Assembly: GCA_964416025.1 (NCBI GenBank)
Contig: CAYQCJ010000003.1
Span: forward strand, 7,603 to 71,602
Source of the DNA: an uncultured Staphylococcaceae bacterium
Lineage (GTDB): Bacteria > Bacillota_I > Bacilli_A > RFN20 > CAG-826
DNA length: 64,000 nucleotides
Direction of reading: 5' to 3'
Each line of letters begins with the position of its first letter. Position 1 is the first letter of the stretch. Under the pieces are notes generated by a model. That model saw only the letters and a list, made by a program, of their open reading frames with translations. It searched no databases and had not been told where the DNA came from. Position numbers and translations under genes: made by a program. This document shows positions 9,536 through 19,431 of the stretch, piece after piece.

Positions 9536-10015
9536 TCATTTCAGCGTGTTGTCTATCTTCTTCATCTTGTTTTTTAAATCAGTAGGAACCATTTTAAATA
9601 GGTGCCAGTATTCCTCAGTTTGAAGCTTTTCTAATTTGTCAATAGAAATAACTTTAATCGGTACAGATGATAAGTCATTTGTCTTAAAAGTAATAACCAT
9701 ATCTCTATATCCACCATTAATCGAAAAATGATATTTGCCTTTTTCAGAAACAAAACATACGATTTCAGCCATAAATAAATGATCAAAAAGAAATACAGAA
9801 TAATATGTAAACTCAATATTCTTAGCTACAATATCAACCAAGTAAAATGTAGTTGAAAATTCTTTCTCATCAATTCCTAATTGAGGATTTAAAAACAGTC
9901 AATTGCTACTCTTATTTTTTAAAGAACCATCATAAATATAAAAATTTACAAGATATGACTCTTAAAGTTCGAAAGGAATTCGCTTAGACTTTAAAATTTC
10001 GTTCATTGTTTTCAT
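9536..10015 (-). pseudogene. 160-codon ORF of unknown function interrupted by two in-frame stops (TAA 9964..9962, TGA 9901..9899)
   Basis: A single frame from ATG 10015 reads MKTMNEILKSKRIPFEL*ESYLVNFYIYDGSLKNKSSN*LFLNPQLGIDEKEFSTTFYLVDIVAKN... and continues into track ORF 9536..9841. The N-terminus is loosely SUKH/SMI1-like (weak). Confidence 0.5.
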
Positions 10016-10174
10016 GTTTTGTTTTCTTCCTAGTGTATATTTGATCTAATGGCAAAATATTGTCCTTTTATTTATATAATCATTATGTGAAATTTTTTAT
10101 TTACGTAAACCACTTTAGTTTACATTATTTAAATTTTTACTTTTAAAAATAATACAATAACTATAAAAAATCAT

Positions 10175-10203
10175 AAAAATAAGTGGTCTTTGCAAGGGAT
10201 ATT
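10175..10203 (+). repeat. inverted, diverged copy of the 29-nt operon-end motif
   Basis: Plus-strand AAAAATAAGTGGTCTTTGCAAGGGATATT matches the reverse complement of the consensus, AAAAATAATGGGGATTGGCAAGGGATTTT, at about 23/29 positions. Confidence 0.45.
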
Positions 10204-10246
10204 GAAAATTTTCGTTATTTTTTATATTAAACACCTCTTCTATATG

Positions 10247-10279
10247 CAAAAAGATACCGATTTTCATCGGTATCTTTTT
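10247..10279 (-). terminator. bidirectional rho-independent terminator after the 1082-aa lipoprotein gene
   Basis: Hairpin GATACCGA-TTTTCA-TCGGTATC, flanked by A5 on one side and T5 on the other. Confidence 0.7.
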
Positions 10280-10305
10280 CAAAGAATCAATTATATTAAA
10301 TTGGT

Positions 10306-13300
10306 CTATTTTAATATTGCATCTGCTAATGTAAATGCAATTGTAGAATCATTATAAGCTTCAATTGATCCATTCATAGTAATGTAAGCGGCTGCATCTC
10401 CAACTACTGAATGATACTTAATTACCAAACTAGAAGCAGCACTACCACCAAATCCGTATTCAGTATCAAGGGTTATAAGAGTATCTTCGCCGGTTAAATC
10501 TTCAGCAAAAGAACAAGAAGCAAAACGCAACATTTCAACTTCACTACCATATGTACCGTCTTCTGCTTTTAAAGCTGAAGTACAATAAAAGTTTTTTTCA
10601 TCAAATTTAACAGTTAATCTATAAGTTTTTGCACCAACTGCTAAGTCACCTGAAGCAAAACTAATTGCTGTAGATGCATCAAGTTTTGTTGATCCTTTAA
10701 CAGTATAATTTGTTCCTTCTAAAACTAAAACTCTTGTAATAGAAGGATTAGATGATGAAAATCCATCACAACCAACTAATGTTAGTTGTTTTTCCATAAT
10801 TGGTTCGCTTTCTGTGCCAACATTAACATCCTTGACAGAATATGTATATGCCGAATTATTAAATGAACTAAACTTAGCTGAACCGAATCCGTCAAGGATT
10901 AAATTACCGTAATCAGTAGTTGAGGCTTTTGCGGTATAAGTACCACCAATTCCATCAGATACTACTGAAGAACAAGCAGATGAACTACTAAATTTAAATG
11001 TCTTATATGCAGTATTGGTAGAATCTTTAAGAGTAATAATGCCATCGCTTCTAAATTCACTACCAGAAACAACTTCAGCAGTTAATCCTACCTTAAATGT
11101 ATTGTCTGTTAAATCAACATAAGCATAGTATGCAGTTCCACCTATTGTTTGTTTAACTACTGCCTTCTTTGCGTCACCATCCACTTTTGCATAACTTAAT
11201 GCAGAAGTTTTACCAGTTTCACCAAGTTTCATAAGTGCACTACTAGCAATATCATCGCCAACTTTTAAAACCCATCCATCTTGATAAATAAATTTATCAG
11301 TTCCAGCCGTTAAAGTCTTGTTGTCGTCAGCAAGAGTTAAAACAGTAGTTCCTAAACTCGATAAACTAGACGATGATGTCTTATACGCATATAATCCAGA
11401 ATTATCAATTCTTAAAAATTCTTTTTTAACAACTGGTGATACATCACCCCACCAATCTTCTTCTTCAACCATATTAAGCAACGATCCAGAATAATCACCA
11501 ACAAACTCTTTACCTACAAATACAAATTTTGAATAAGATTCTGTAGCAACAAAGGTTAATTCTTCTGATTTTGGTTCAATATAATTCCAATAATAATCTC
11601 CTTGAGTCCAACTAGAATATATTAATTCTGTAGAGCCATTCTTAACGCTTGTAAGCTTATATTCGCCATTTGAATCTCCAGAAACATCAGTAGCTTTAAA
11701 GAAAATCTTTTCTCTACTATTTGGAAGTTTTGTAAGTTCTGTATAAGCCTTTGTTGAAGAATTATACGAATAGAACTTTAATTTCATGTGTTCACTATTT
11801 GTAACATTAAAAGCAACTTCAGCAACTTTGCTCGTAGTTTTAATAACAATTTTGCCACTAGTTACCTTGAAATGATAAGCAGCTCCATTAACACCACCAC
11901 TACACTCGCCTTCATCAACACCATCGACACTATAAGTAACCGAGTCAGGAAGGAAACCATCCTTAGCAGCGACATTGAAATATAAAGTTTGTCCAATAGG
12001 AGCAACAAAAGCATAATTATCGGTTTCACCAAAACCAACACTATCTGTACCAGTATTACTTTCTAATCCTACTCTAAAATTAGATACAGAAATATTTGCA
12101 TCATTTACAACACTAACAACAACGGAAGATTGTTCGCCAGTAATTTTAACCGTAACATTTTCGGCAGGCATTTTGAAAGTATATTTTTCTTTAGTAACCG
12201 TACCGTTATAACTTACAGAAGGTGCCGTATGTGTAGTTTCAATTACACCCACTTTACTTGCAGAGACTTCAAATTTAGTTATAACAAACCCAGTATTAAC
12301 TTGTGGATATAAACTAACAGTATCACCTGGTTCATATTTATCTTCAGCTCCATCAATATTTCCGGCTAATCCATTAAAACTAGTAGTAATACCATATGTT
12401 TTAGTTGAAGAATAACCACTAAAACTAACATTATAACTTGGCATAACCAAACTTATAGAATAGTCATAAACTTTAGTTGTGCTATTATAAATTTTCTTTT
12501 CCGAAGTTAAATATTTATAATTATAAGTACCATCTTCATTATATTTAATTCTAGCAGCTTCAATAAGTTGATCTCCATCGGCAGCTTGTTTATTAGCAAA
12601 CCATAAAGTAATACTTTGACCAGCAACAGCTGTTGTAATTACTTCGCTGTTTTCGTTTTTGACTGAAAAATCGAAACTACTCAAAAATGATGTGCTAAAT
12701 TTATTTGTAAGAGAATATTCAATTTTTGCAGGATCATCATCTAAAACCACTGAAATAGTAGCTGCTTTGCTTGGCATAGCAAACTTAACTTCTCCGCTTT
12801 GGGCCGGAAGATCGATTTCATTAGCTTTTAAACTTGAAATCATTTTTTTAGCATTCTTGACATTTACATTTAAAACAACTTCTTCTCCAGCAACATATTC
12901 AGCTTTATCACTTGTAATCTCAATATCTTCAGTTGCAGCAGGTAAAGTTAAAGCAAATTTTTCAGCAGTCGCGACATCTTTTAATGTAACGGACACTGTG
13001 ATATTTTGAGCTGGCATAATAAATGAATATTTTCCGTCAGCATCAAGAGCAACACCAGCATCGCCAGCAACAACCCCCGATACAAATTTATCGTTATTCT
13101 TTAATGAAAGAGTTAAAACAACTTTTTCACCAACTTTTAGTCCAGCAACTTTGTTTGCTTCAACTTTAAGATCAGCGCTTTCTTCTGGTAAAGTGACCGC
13201 AAAAGTTGCATCAGGAACAACATCTTCAGTAACAACTGAGACATTGACATCAGCACCTGGCATAGTGAAAACAAATTTACCACTAGCATTTGCACCAACA

Positions 13301-13554
13301 ACCATCTCATTAACTTTAATTCCAGTAATTACCTTATTAACACCAGAATTTAAAGCTGCAGTAACGGTGACAGTCTCTCCAATTTCTGCTTTTTCTTTAT
13401 CAGCACTTACATTACCATTTAAAAATGCAGCAAACGAAACTGTATATTTGGTTGCTTCAACAACTGGTGTTTCAGTTTTGCAACTTGCCAACGAAGCAGC
13501 GCAACCTACTAAAGTCAATGAAGAAACCACCATTAAAATTTTTGATTTTTTCAT
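10306..13554 (-). CDS. giant surface lipoprotein with tandem InlB-B-repeat-like modules
   Basis: The likely start is ATG 13554 (MKKSKILMVVSSLTLVGCAASLASCKTE) after a CAAAGGAG SD. The track ORF extends to 13617. At least 4-5 modules of about 75-80 aa end in a (F/Y)xF(T/I/A)MPxxxVxV(S/K)V-like motif. Confidence 0.8.
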   Translation of the reverse strand: MKKSKILMVVSSLTLVGCAASLASCKTETPVVEATKYTVSFAAFLNGNVSADKEKAEIGETVTVTAALNSGVNKVITGIKVNEMVVGANASGKFVFTMPGADVNVSVVTEDVVPDATFAVTLPEESADLKVEANKVAGLKVGEKVVLTLSLKNNDKFVSGVVAGDAGVALDADGKYSFIMPAQNITVSVTLKDVATAEKFALTLPAATEDIEITSDKAEYVAGEEVVLNVNVKNAKKMISSLKANEIDLPAQSGEVKFAMPSKAATISVVLDDDPAKIEYSLTNKFSTSFLSSFDFSVKNENSEVITTAVAGQSITLWFANKQAADGDQLIEAARIKYNEDGTYNYKYLTSEKKIYNSTTKVYDYSISLVMPSYNVSFSGYSSTKTYGITTSFNGLAGNIDGAEDKYEPGDTVSLYPQVNTGFVITKFEVSASKVGVIETTHTAPSVSYNGTVTKEKYTFKMPAENVTVKITGEQSSVVVSVVNDANISVSNFRVGLESNTGTDSVGFGETDNYAFVAPIGQTLYFNVAAKDGFLPDSVTYSVDGVDEGECSGGVNGAAYHFKVTSGKIVIKTTSKVAEVAFNVTNSEHMKLKFYSYNSSTKAYTELTKLPNSREKIFFKATDVSGDSNGEYKLTSVKNGSTELIYSSWTQGDYYWNYIEPKSEELTFVATESYSKFVFVGKEFVGDYSGSLLNMVEEEDWWGDVSPVVKKEFLRIDNSGLYAYKTSSSSLSSLGTTVLTLADDNKTLTAGTDKFIYQDGWVLKVGDDIASSALMKLGETGKTSALSYAKVDGDAKKAVVKQTIGGTAYYAYVDLTDNTFKVGLTAEVVSGSEFRSDGIITLKDSTNTAYKTFKFSSSSACSSVVSDGIGGTYTAKASTTDYGNLILDGFGSAKFSSFNNSAYTYSVKDVNVGTESEPIMEKQLTLVGCDGFSSSNPSITRVLVLEGTNYTVKGSTKLDASTAISFASGDLAVGAKTYRLTVKFDEKNFYCTSALKAEDGTYGSEVEMLRFASCSFAEDLTGEDTLITLDTEYGFGGSAASSLVIKYHSVVGDAAAYITMNGSIEAYNDSTIAFTLADAILK

Positions 13555-13788
13555 AAAAATCTCCTTTGTAAATTGATTTAATAACAAATTGGTTCCATTT
13601 AATAGACATTTTGTCAAAATTTTAATATTAATTTAATACAAAACTTATACAACAAAATCCTAAAACTTCTATATAAAGGAAAAAATATAAAGTAAGTAAT
13701 ATTAAGATGATATTAAATTTTTATAATAATTTTATTTAATTTTTTTATAATTTGTATAATTATAATGCTTTTATATTAGGAGGTTTTT

Positions 13789-14817
13789 ATGAGTTTATTA
13801 AGAAGTAAAAGATTATTTATTGCATCTTCTATACTTTTAGTATCAATTTTTGCAGTGCAAGGTCTGTCGTCCTGCAATAGTTCAGAGAACAAATTAGGTG
13901 ATGCATTACAGTTATCAGTTGATGATTCAATGAATTTATTAGAAAAAATTACAGAAAAAGATGAAACAATTGATGTTACGAAATTAAAATTTAGTACAGG
14001 AGATTCTAAAGTGGCACGTGCTCTAACAGACGGTACACTTATTGGTTACACGAAAGGTTCGACAGTTGTATCTGCAACACTTGACGATATTGTTATTTAT
14101 CAAAAAACAGTTGAAGTCAGTGATTATACACACTTAACAACCACTTCTGCTAATCTTTCCGGATCTGGATACAGCATGACTATTGGCGGTTTTTTAATCG
14201 ATTTAAATGTTGGTGCTTATTTAGCTAAAGGAAAAGATTATACATTTTTAGCAAGTTTTAAAGGTTGTGCAAATGATAGCCAAGAATTCTTCGTCTCAAT
14301 GAGTGATGAATCTGTTGCTGAATATGAATATGTTATTCCTGAAGGTTCAGGAGTTGGAAAGCCAACCGTTAGAGCTAAAAAAGTTGGTGATTCTGTTTTT
14401 ACTATTACAAACGCCGATGGAATTGTATGTTATCGAGAAGTTATTCAAGTAAGAAGAGGCTTTACAAGTAACATTCAAGCAGTCGATTATCTTACACATG
14501 TTGATCAATGGACAAATTGGGGATTCATTGATTCGCAAACACCTACACCTGGAGGTTGTAAAATGGCCTTCTTAAGTGGAACAAGTGGAATCTTTACAGG
14601 AAAAGATGGTGGAGTTGATTTAGGAACAATCGAATTTACATTTACATACGATTCAGCAAATTCAACTGAAGAAGAATTTATTTATGTTCTTGATTCGTTC
14701 CCAAATACTGCTACAGATTTAAAAATTACTAAATTAGCCTTATCATCTACTGGAGATATGATCCATGTTTCCAATAGCTCGTTATTATTAGATGTTTTTA
14801 CTCCTCAATCAAATTAA
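13789..14817 (+). CDS. surface lipoprotein (Big_2-like N-terminal domain)
   Basis: AGGAGG SD, signal peptide plus lipobox (VQGLSSCNSS), Ig-like segment ...GSTVVSATLDDIVIYQKTVEV. Confidence 0.7.
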   Translation: MSLLRSKRLFIASSILLVSIFAVQGLSSCNSSENKLGDALQLSVDDSMNLLEKITEKDETIDVTKLKFSTGDSKVARALTDGTLIGYTKGSTVVSATLDDIVIYQKTVEVSDYTHLTTTSANLSGSGYSMTIGGFLIDLNVGAYLAKGKDYTFLASFKGCANDSQEFFVSMSDESVAEYEYVIPEGSGVGKPTVRAKKVGDSVFTITNADGIVCYREVIQVRRGFTSNIQAVDYLTHVDQWTNWGFIDSQTPTPGGCKMAFLSGTSGIFTGKDGGVDLGTIEFTFTYDSANSTEEEFIYVLDSFPNTATDLKITKLALSSTGDMIHVSNSSLLLDVFTPQSN

Positions 14818-14832
14818 AAGGAAATATTAAAT

Positions 14833-17800
14833 ATGAAAAACAGAAAAATTTTAATTCTTGCAGCTTGTGTCTTACTCGGCACTACTGCTGCCACAACATT
14901 AATTGGATGTGACAATAACACTGATGTTATCGTTGATGAAAAAGTTTTAACTTTCTCAACCAAAACTGAGACTATGAAAAAAGGTGGAGAATTCGTTTTC
15001 GGAGTTCTTGCCGGTGGTAAAACTATCGAAGGAGTTGCTTTTGCTTCTAGTAATAAAGCAGTTATCCTTATTGATTCAGCTAACGGAACTGCTAACGCAA
15101 TCGGCGCTGGTGTTTCTAAAATTACTGCCTCTGTTGAAGGTTACGCAACCATTTCAGTTACAGTTGTTGTCACAGACGACTCTTTAAAAACCATGATCAT
15201 TGGTGGAGAAACCACTGTTGAAGCTGGCAAATCAATCTTACTTACTGCTAGTGAAAACGGAACAGAAATCACCTCCGGATTAACATGGAGTTCAGAAAAT
15301 ACCAATATCGCCATTGTTTTAGCAACAGGCGCTGTTAAAGGTATTAAAGAAGGCTCAACAAAAATTTGGGTTAGTAAAGATGGCTTCAATCCTGCTACTA
15401 CCACAATTACAGTTACTAAAGGTGATGCTGCAGAAGTCGATACTTTCTCCATTACATTTAAGAAAACTGTCGGTGTTACATTTAATGCTGATAAGCAAAA
15501 CGCCAAAGAAGGCGATACAGTATCATTTACAATTACTAAAGCAACTGGTATTACCATTGATGAAGTAACAATGAACGACACAGTTCTTACTCCTGATGCA
15601 AGTGAAAAATATACTTTCACAATGCCTAAAAAAGACGTTATTATCAGAGCTTCTGTCACAATTGATAGCGATGTCGCTGTCGTTGGCGATTTAGCTTTTG
15701 CTCTTGTTGAAAATGAAGATCACATCTTTGAATCTGAAGAGATTTCAGTTGTTAACGACAGCGATTTAACATTTGCAATCAAACAAGCAGATGATTCAAC
15801 TCGCACTTTATGGCTTCAAGATATGGATTATGCAAGATGTTTTGCTACAATCCAAATTGCTGATGGCGATGCTGCCTTTACACTTGCCGGAGGATTTAAA
15901 TATAAATTCTTCTACGATGCATCTACTAATAACTCTTTCATTAAGAGAACTCAAGTTATTACAACTCCAAACAACGAAGTTGCATTAAGTTCACTTCTTG
16001 ATGCTGGAAAATTTAGATATAGATATGGTTTATATAAAGATGATGTGAGGAGTGTCAATTATGAATCTACAGGAACTGATACTGAATCAATCAAGTACAC
16101 CTGGAATAAATATAAGGATAATGTCACTATTGCAACTGCAACTGAACCAGTTACTAATTTAGCAAAAGGTGTCGAATACAAGGCAATTAATGGTGATGTA
16201 TTAACTTATATTGATTCATATAATAATGCTAAATTCGATACTACTAATAACGAAGATACTACTGCCAAGAGCGGTAAATATAAAGTTGTTGCTTCTAAGA
16301 GTTCAGATGAACCAGATAGAGCCTATAAAGTCACTACAAGTGATGCCACGGCTCTTGTTAACAACGGATTTGCTCACGATGGATTAGCAATCGAAAACTT
16401 AATTTATGATTCATACCGCAGCGGATTCTCAGTCGGCGACGATGAATGGGTTGGTCACATTCTTCAATCTGGTAGCCGTGATATTAAATCAGTCTCAAAT
16501 GCTGATGGATCATTTACTACTACTTTGATTTCAAACAAAACTTATAACGATTCAACAAATAGTTATTATGCTCACTTTGAATATAAAGCTGTTATTACCT
16601 TTAATAAAGATGGTTCAATTTCAAGCGGAACATACAACGAACAAAGTTTTGATCAAAATGCTTATGATATTGCAAATGACAAATGGTTAACTGGCGGAAA
16701 AGATAAAGGAACAACTTTAAAAGATCTTAAATTCTCCTTTGCTTATTCTACCGAATTAGAAGCTGCTCCAGCTTTTGATATTACTCCTTACTTTATTCAA
16801 TCTATTGATAGCGCAACAATTAACAACAGCAAAGTCAATACTGATGATTCAAAGAATATTTTACAAAAAGGAAACGTCATTAATGACTATTTAGCTATTA
16901 ATACATTCACTCCTTCCACAGCCTTAGATGCTTGGCAATACACCGTCACTGCTACAAGCGATGAATCTATTGTTAAATATTTAGATACCTATAGAAGATG
17001 GCAAGTTGTCGGATTTGGTAATGTTGACTTAACATTAGGAAACCACGTCGATACTGTTGTCACGAAAGTTGTTAGTGTTGAAGTTCCAAATACTGTCGGT
17101 GTTAGAAATGTCTACTTTGATGCCGGTTTATCAAGTTACTTTGATGGGATTGAATGCACAACTGCTCAAGCTGTTACAATTTATGCTGGTAGAAAAACTA
17201 ACTCAATCTTAAGAGTTTCTCCAACATCTGCTGATGACACTCAACTTCACTTCGAAATAAGTGATCCAAGTTTACTTAGTGTTTCCTATAATGCTGAAAA
17301 CAACAAATTTGTTCTTGATGCAACTAATGCAGTTGTCACCAAAAATACTGTTGTTACAATAAAAGTCACTGCCGATAACTGGGATACTGAATACGGAACC
17401 GATGTTGTCACCTTATCAATTACTCTTGTTCCTGCACCAACCGTCACTGTTGAAAAAGTTGCTGGTACATGGACTGGAACATACAGCGGAACAAACAATG
17501 CTTCTCAATATAACCTTACTATGTCTAGTACTGAAACTAAAACAATTGGTGATGTTGTATATAATAAAGGCAAAATAGTTGTCACTGGCTCATATTCTGG
17601 TACATTAGAATTTGGTTGGAAAGTTGAAAATGGAGAACTAAAATTCAAGAGCCCTGATTATTTAGAATTTATCGATCTTGATTATGATGAATCAACAGGC
17701 AAGTTAGGAATGTTCTGGATGACAGAACCTGGAATGAGCGAAAGCGAAGAATCTGTCACAACAGTTCATATTGGATATTACAACGAAGGTGATGAAGATA

Positions 17801-17844
17801 CTCAAGCTTCTTATGGATATTTTGATTTAACAAAGTCTGCCTAA
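14833..17844 (+). CDS. giant surface lipoprotein with two Big_2 domains and one InlB-B-repeat-like module
   Basis: Lipobox (TTLIGCDNN). Big_2-like segments ANAIGAGVSKITASVEGYATISVTVVV and VKGIKEGSTKIWVSKDGFNPATTTITV. B-repeat FSITFKKTVGVTFNADKQNAKEGDTVSFTITKATGITIDEVTMNDTVLTPDASEKYTFTMPKKDVIIRASV. Confidence 0.8.
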   Translation: MKNRKILILAACVLLGTTAATTLIGCDNNTDVIVDEKVLTFSTKTETMKKGGEFVFGVLAGGKTIEGVAFASSNKAVILIDSANGTANAIGAGVSKITASVEGYATISVTVVVTDDSLKTMIIGGETTVEAGKSILLTASENGTEITSGLTWSSENTNIAIVLATGAVKGIKEGSTKIWVSKDGFNPATTTITVTKGDAAEVDTFSITFKKTVGVTFNADKQNAKEGDTVSFTITKATGITIDEVTMNDTVLTPDASEKYTFTMPKKDVIIRASVTIDSDVAVVGDLAFALVENEDHIFESEEISVVNDSDLTFAIKQADDSTRTLWLQDMDYARCFATIQIADGDAAFTLAGGFKYKFFYDASTNNSFIKRTQVITTPNNEVALSSLLDAGKFRYRYGLYKDDVRSVNYESTGTDTESIKYTWNKYKDNVTIATATEPVTNLAKGVEYKAINGDVLTYIDSYNNAKFDTTNNEDTTAKSGKYKVVASKSSDEPDRAYKVTTSDATALVNNGFAHDGLAIENLIYDSYRSGFSVGDDEWVGHILQSGSRDIKSVSNADGSFTTTLISNKTYNDSTNSYYAHFEYKAVITFNKDGSISSGTYNEQSFDQNAYDIANDKWLTGGKDKGTTLKDLKFSFAYSTELEAAPAFDITPYFIQSIDSATINNSKVNTDDSKNILQKGNVINDYLAINTFTPSTALDAWQYTVTATSDESIVKYLDTYRRWQVVGFGNVDLTLGNHVDTVVTKVVSVEVPNTVGVRNVYFDAGLSSYFDGIECTTAQAVTIYAGRKTNSILRVSPTSADDTQLHFEISDPSLLSVSYNAENNKFVLDATNAVVTKNTVVTIKVTADNWDTEYGTDVVTLSITLVPAPTVTVEKVAGTWTGTYSGTNNASQYNLTMSSTETKTIGDVVYNKGKIVVTGSYSGTLEFGWKVENGELKFKSPDYLEFIDLDYDESTGKLGMFWMTEPGMSESEESVTTVHIGYYNEGDEDTQASYGYFDLTKSA

Positions 17845-17865
17845 TTAATAATTTATATTCATACA

Positions 17866-17899
17866 AAAAGCGCTATTGAATCAATTCAATAGCGCTTTT
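17866..17899. terminator. bidirectional terminator between convergent lipoprotein genes
   Basis: Perfect 15-bp stem AAAGCGCTATTGAAT / ATTCAATAGCGCTTT, with A-run and T-run flanks. Confidence 0.8.
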
Positions 17900-17934
17900 A
17901 TATTGTTTAATAATTAAGATAAGAACGTACCTAT

Positions 17935-19425
17935 TTAAACGTTTTCAGGATATAAAGCATCAAGCAAAGCTTCAATAGCGGTAACTTTTGTGGTTGCACT
18001 TCCAAATCCAGTATAAGAAGCTAAGAATGCATTGCCATCGTTTAAAATAGTTCCTAAAGTGACAGTAGAATCTTCATCTTTTGTTTTTATATCCGGAATT
18101 ATACAACCTGCAACAATGTTATCAGTTGTATAACTTGTTCCTAAACTATTGGCATAAACAACTTTTAAATCTTTTGTCATCGTATCATCAAAATTCATAT
18201 AACCTTTATTCATGTTCTTGAATATTTCAGATTCATCTTCGAAACCATATAAATTTGACCAGAACGAGAAAATTGATAAATATGCATGTCCAGTTACTAA
18301 ATATGATGAAGCAATTAAATAATTAACTGCATTGGAATCATTAATCTTTGTTGCATCGAACATTTGTGCGCTACTCCATTCAGCAGTTGTTGAATTAGCA
18401 TTAGGAGAAGTTGTTCCGTCTGCATTTATTGTTATCATATAAATATTTGTTGGAATTGTTTTGTGACCAACAATTACAGCGCAATAGAAATCTTCATAAT
18501 TCTTAGTTGTGGTCGTTCCGTCTTCATTTTTGACTTCATGCGTTTTGGTATTATCATAATAATCAATACCAAAATATCCATCTAAGTTATAGATAACTTT
18601 ATCGTGATTTGCATCGGTAGATTTTGTTGTAAAATTTACTTCAATGTAATTGTTTTTTTGTGATAATTCTTTAGCTTTAAGCAATTTATCAGGATAAGCT
18701 TTTGGAGCGGTTCCGTCTTCGATAAATGTTTTAGCATCAACTAAATCATCGCCACCATCAACGTTAGTAACGGATATTAAAATATCTTCGGCTTCATCAA
18801 GATCAATAGTTAACAATAAATCTAAAGTGTCATTTGTTGATAAAGTTGCGGAATTAATTGTATAAGTTTCTTTAATGGAACTGGTAGATAAATAAACAGG
18901 CTTTAAGAAGGTATCTAAAATTGTCACATCACTCTTAATGTCGGAATCAAGAGAATAACTAGCTGAAGTTTCATCTAGGCTTGATGGAATTGCAAAATTC
19001 TTTAAGCCAATGGTAACTTTATCGCTGCCAGTAACAGTTTTATCATTATCGATAACATATCCTGCCACAAATTGTTCTTCATCATTTTTTTGAGTATATG
19101 AATATTCCAAAACTCCCTTAGCATGGTTTAAATAACCAAAATGAGCAATCTTAGTATTGTCTTCAATATTTCTTACACTTTTTTCAATAGCGTAACTTCT
19201 AGAATTAACGATAGAATCAATTCCTGAAGCATATGTTGTATTATTTAGTTTCAAAGTAAAGCCAACATGTCCGTTATAATCATACCTATTTGCTTTTACA
19301 AATTTATTAATAGCCGCCGTTAAAGTGGCTTTATTGTCATCAACTGGTGTTGTATTACCATTACAAGAAGACAAAACAAATGTTGATGCAATAAGTAAAA
19401 TACCTAAATTCTTTTTATTCATCAT
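17935..19425 (-). CDS. lipoprotein of an uncharacterised family (tandem paralog B)
   Basis: Lipobox (FVLSSCNGN). The start is ambiguous: GTG 19431, ATG 19425 or ATG 19422, after an AGGTGA SD that overlaps the upstream stop. Confidence 0.7.
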   Translation of the reverse strand: MMNKKNLGILLIASTFVLSSCNGNTTPVDDNKATLTAAINKFVKANRYDYNGHVGFTLKLNNTTYASGIDSIVNSRSYAIEKSVRNIEDNTKIAHFGYLNHAKGVLEYSYTQKNDEEQFVAGYVIDNDKTVTGSDKVTIGLKNFAIPSSLDETSASYSLDSDIKSDVTILDTFLKPVYLSTSSIKETYTINSATLSTNDTLDLLLTIDLDEAEDILISVTNVDGGDDLVDAKTFIEDGTAPKAYPDKLLKAKELSQKNNYIEVNFTTKSTDANHDKVIYNLDGYFGIDYYDNTKTHEVKNEDGTTTTKNYEDFYCAVIVGHKTIPTNIYMITINADGTTSPNANSTTAEWSSAQMFDATKINDSNAVNYLIASSYLVTGHAYLSIFSFWSNLYGFEDESEIFKNMNKGYMNFDDTMTKDLKVVYANSLGTSYTTDNIVAGCIIPDIKTKDEDSTVTLGTILNDGNAFLASYTGFGSATTKVTAIEALLDALYPENV

Positions 19426-19431
19426 GATCAC

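Noticed and set aside
9899-9901. In-frame TGA read as Trp (genetic code 4), which would rescue the 9536..10015 ORF
   Set aside because: TGA is used as a genuine stop elsewhere (e.g. 56090..56092). All conserved genes are full length under code 11, and the same ORF also contains an in-frame TAA.
12659-13576. Plus-strand ORFs of 116 and 141 aa (12659..13009 and 13151..13576) inside the 1082-aa lipoprotein gene; also 11788..11985 and 12130..12312
   Set aside because: They are antisense shadows of a long repeat-rich gene. Their S/T/A/L-rich translations mirror the codon bias of the true frame, and none has a start context.
13555-13617. N-terminal extensions in the ORF track (13617, 37624, 53875, 32083, 7462, 50621, 19431)
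   Set aside because: The downstream ATG codons are preceded by good SD sequences and start canonical signal peptides or domains. The extensions begin at TTG/GTG or lack an SD, so I trimmed the coordinates.
15141-15659. 172-aa minus-strand ORF inside 14833..17844, and several 60-70-aa ORFs there
   Set aside because: Same antisense-shadow argument. The sense frame has a lipobox, Big_2 modules and an SD.
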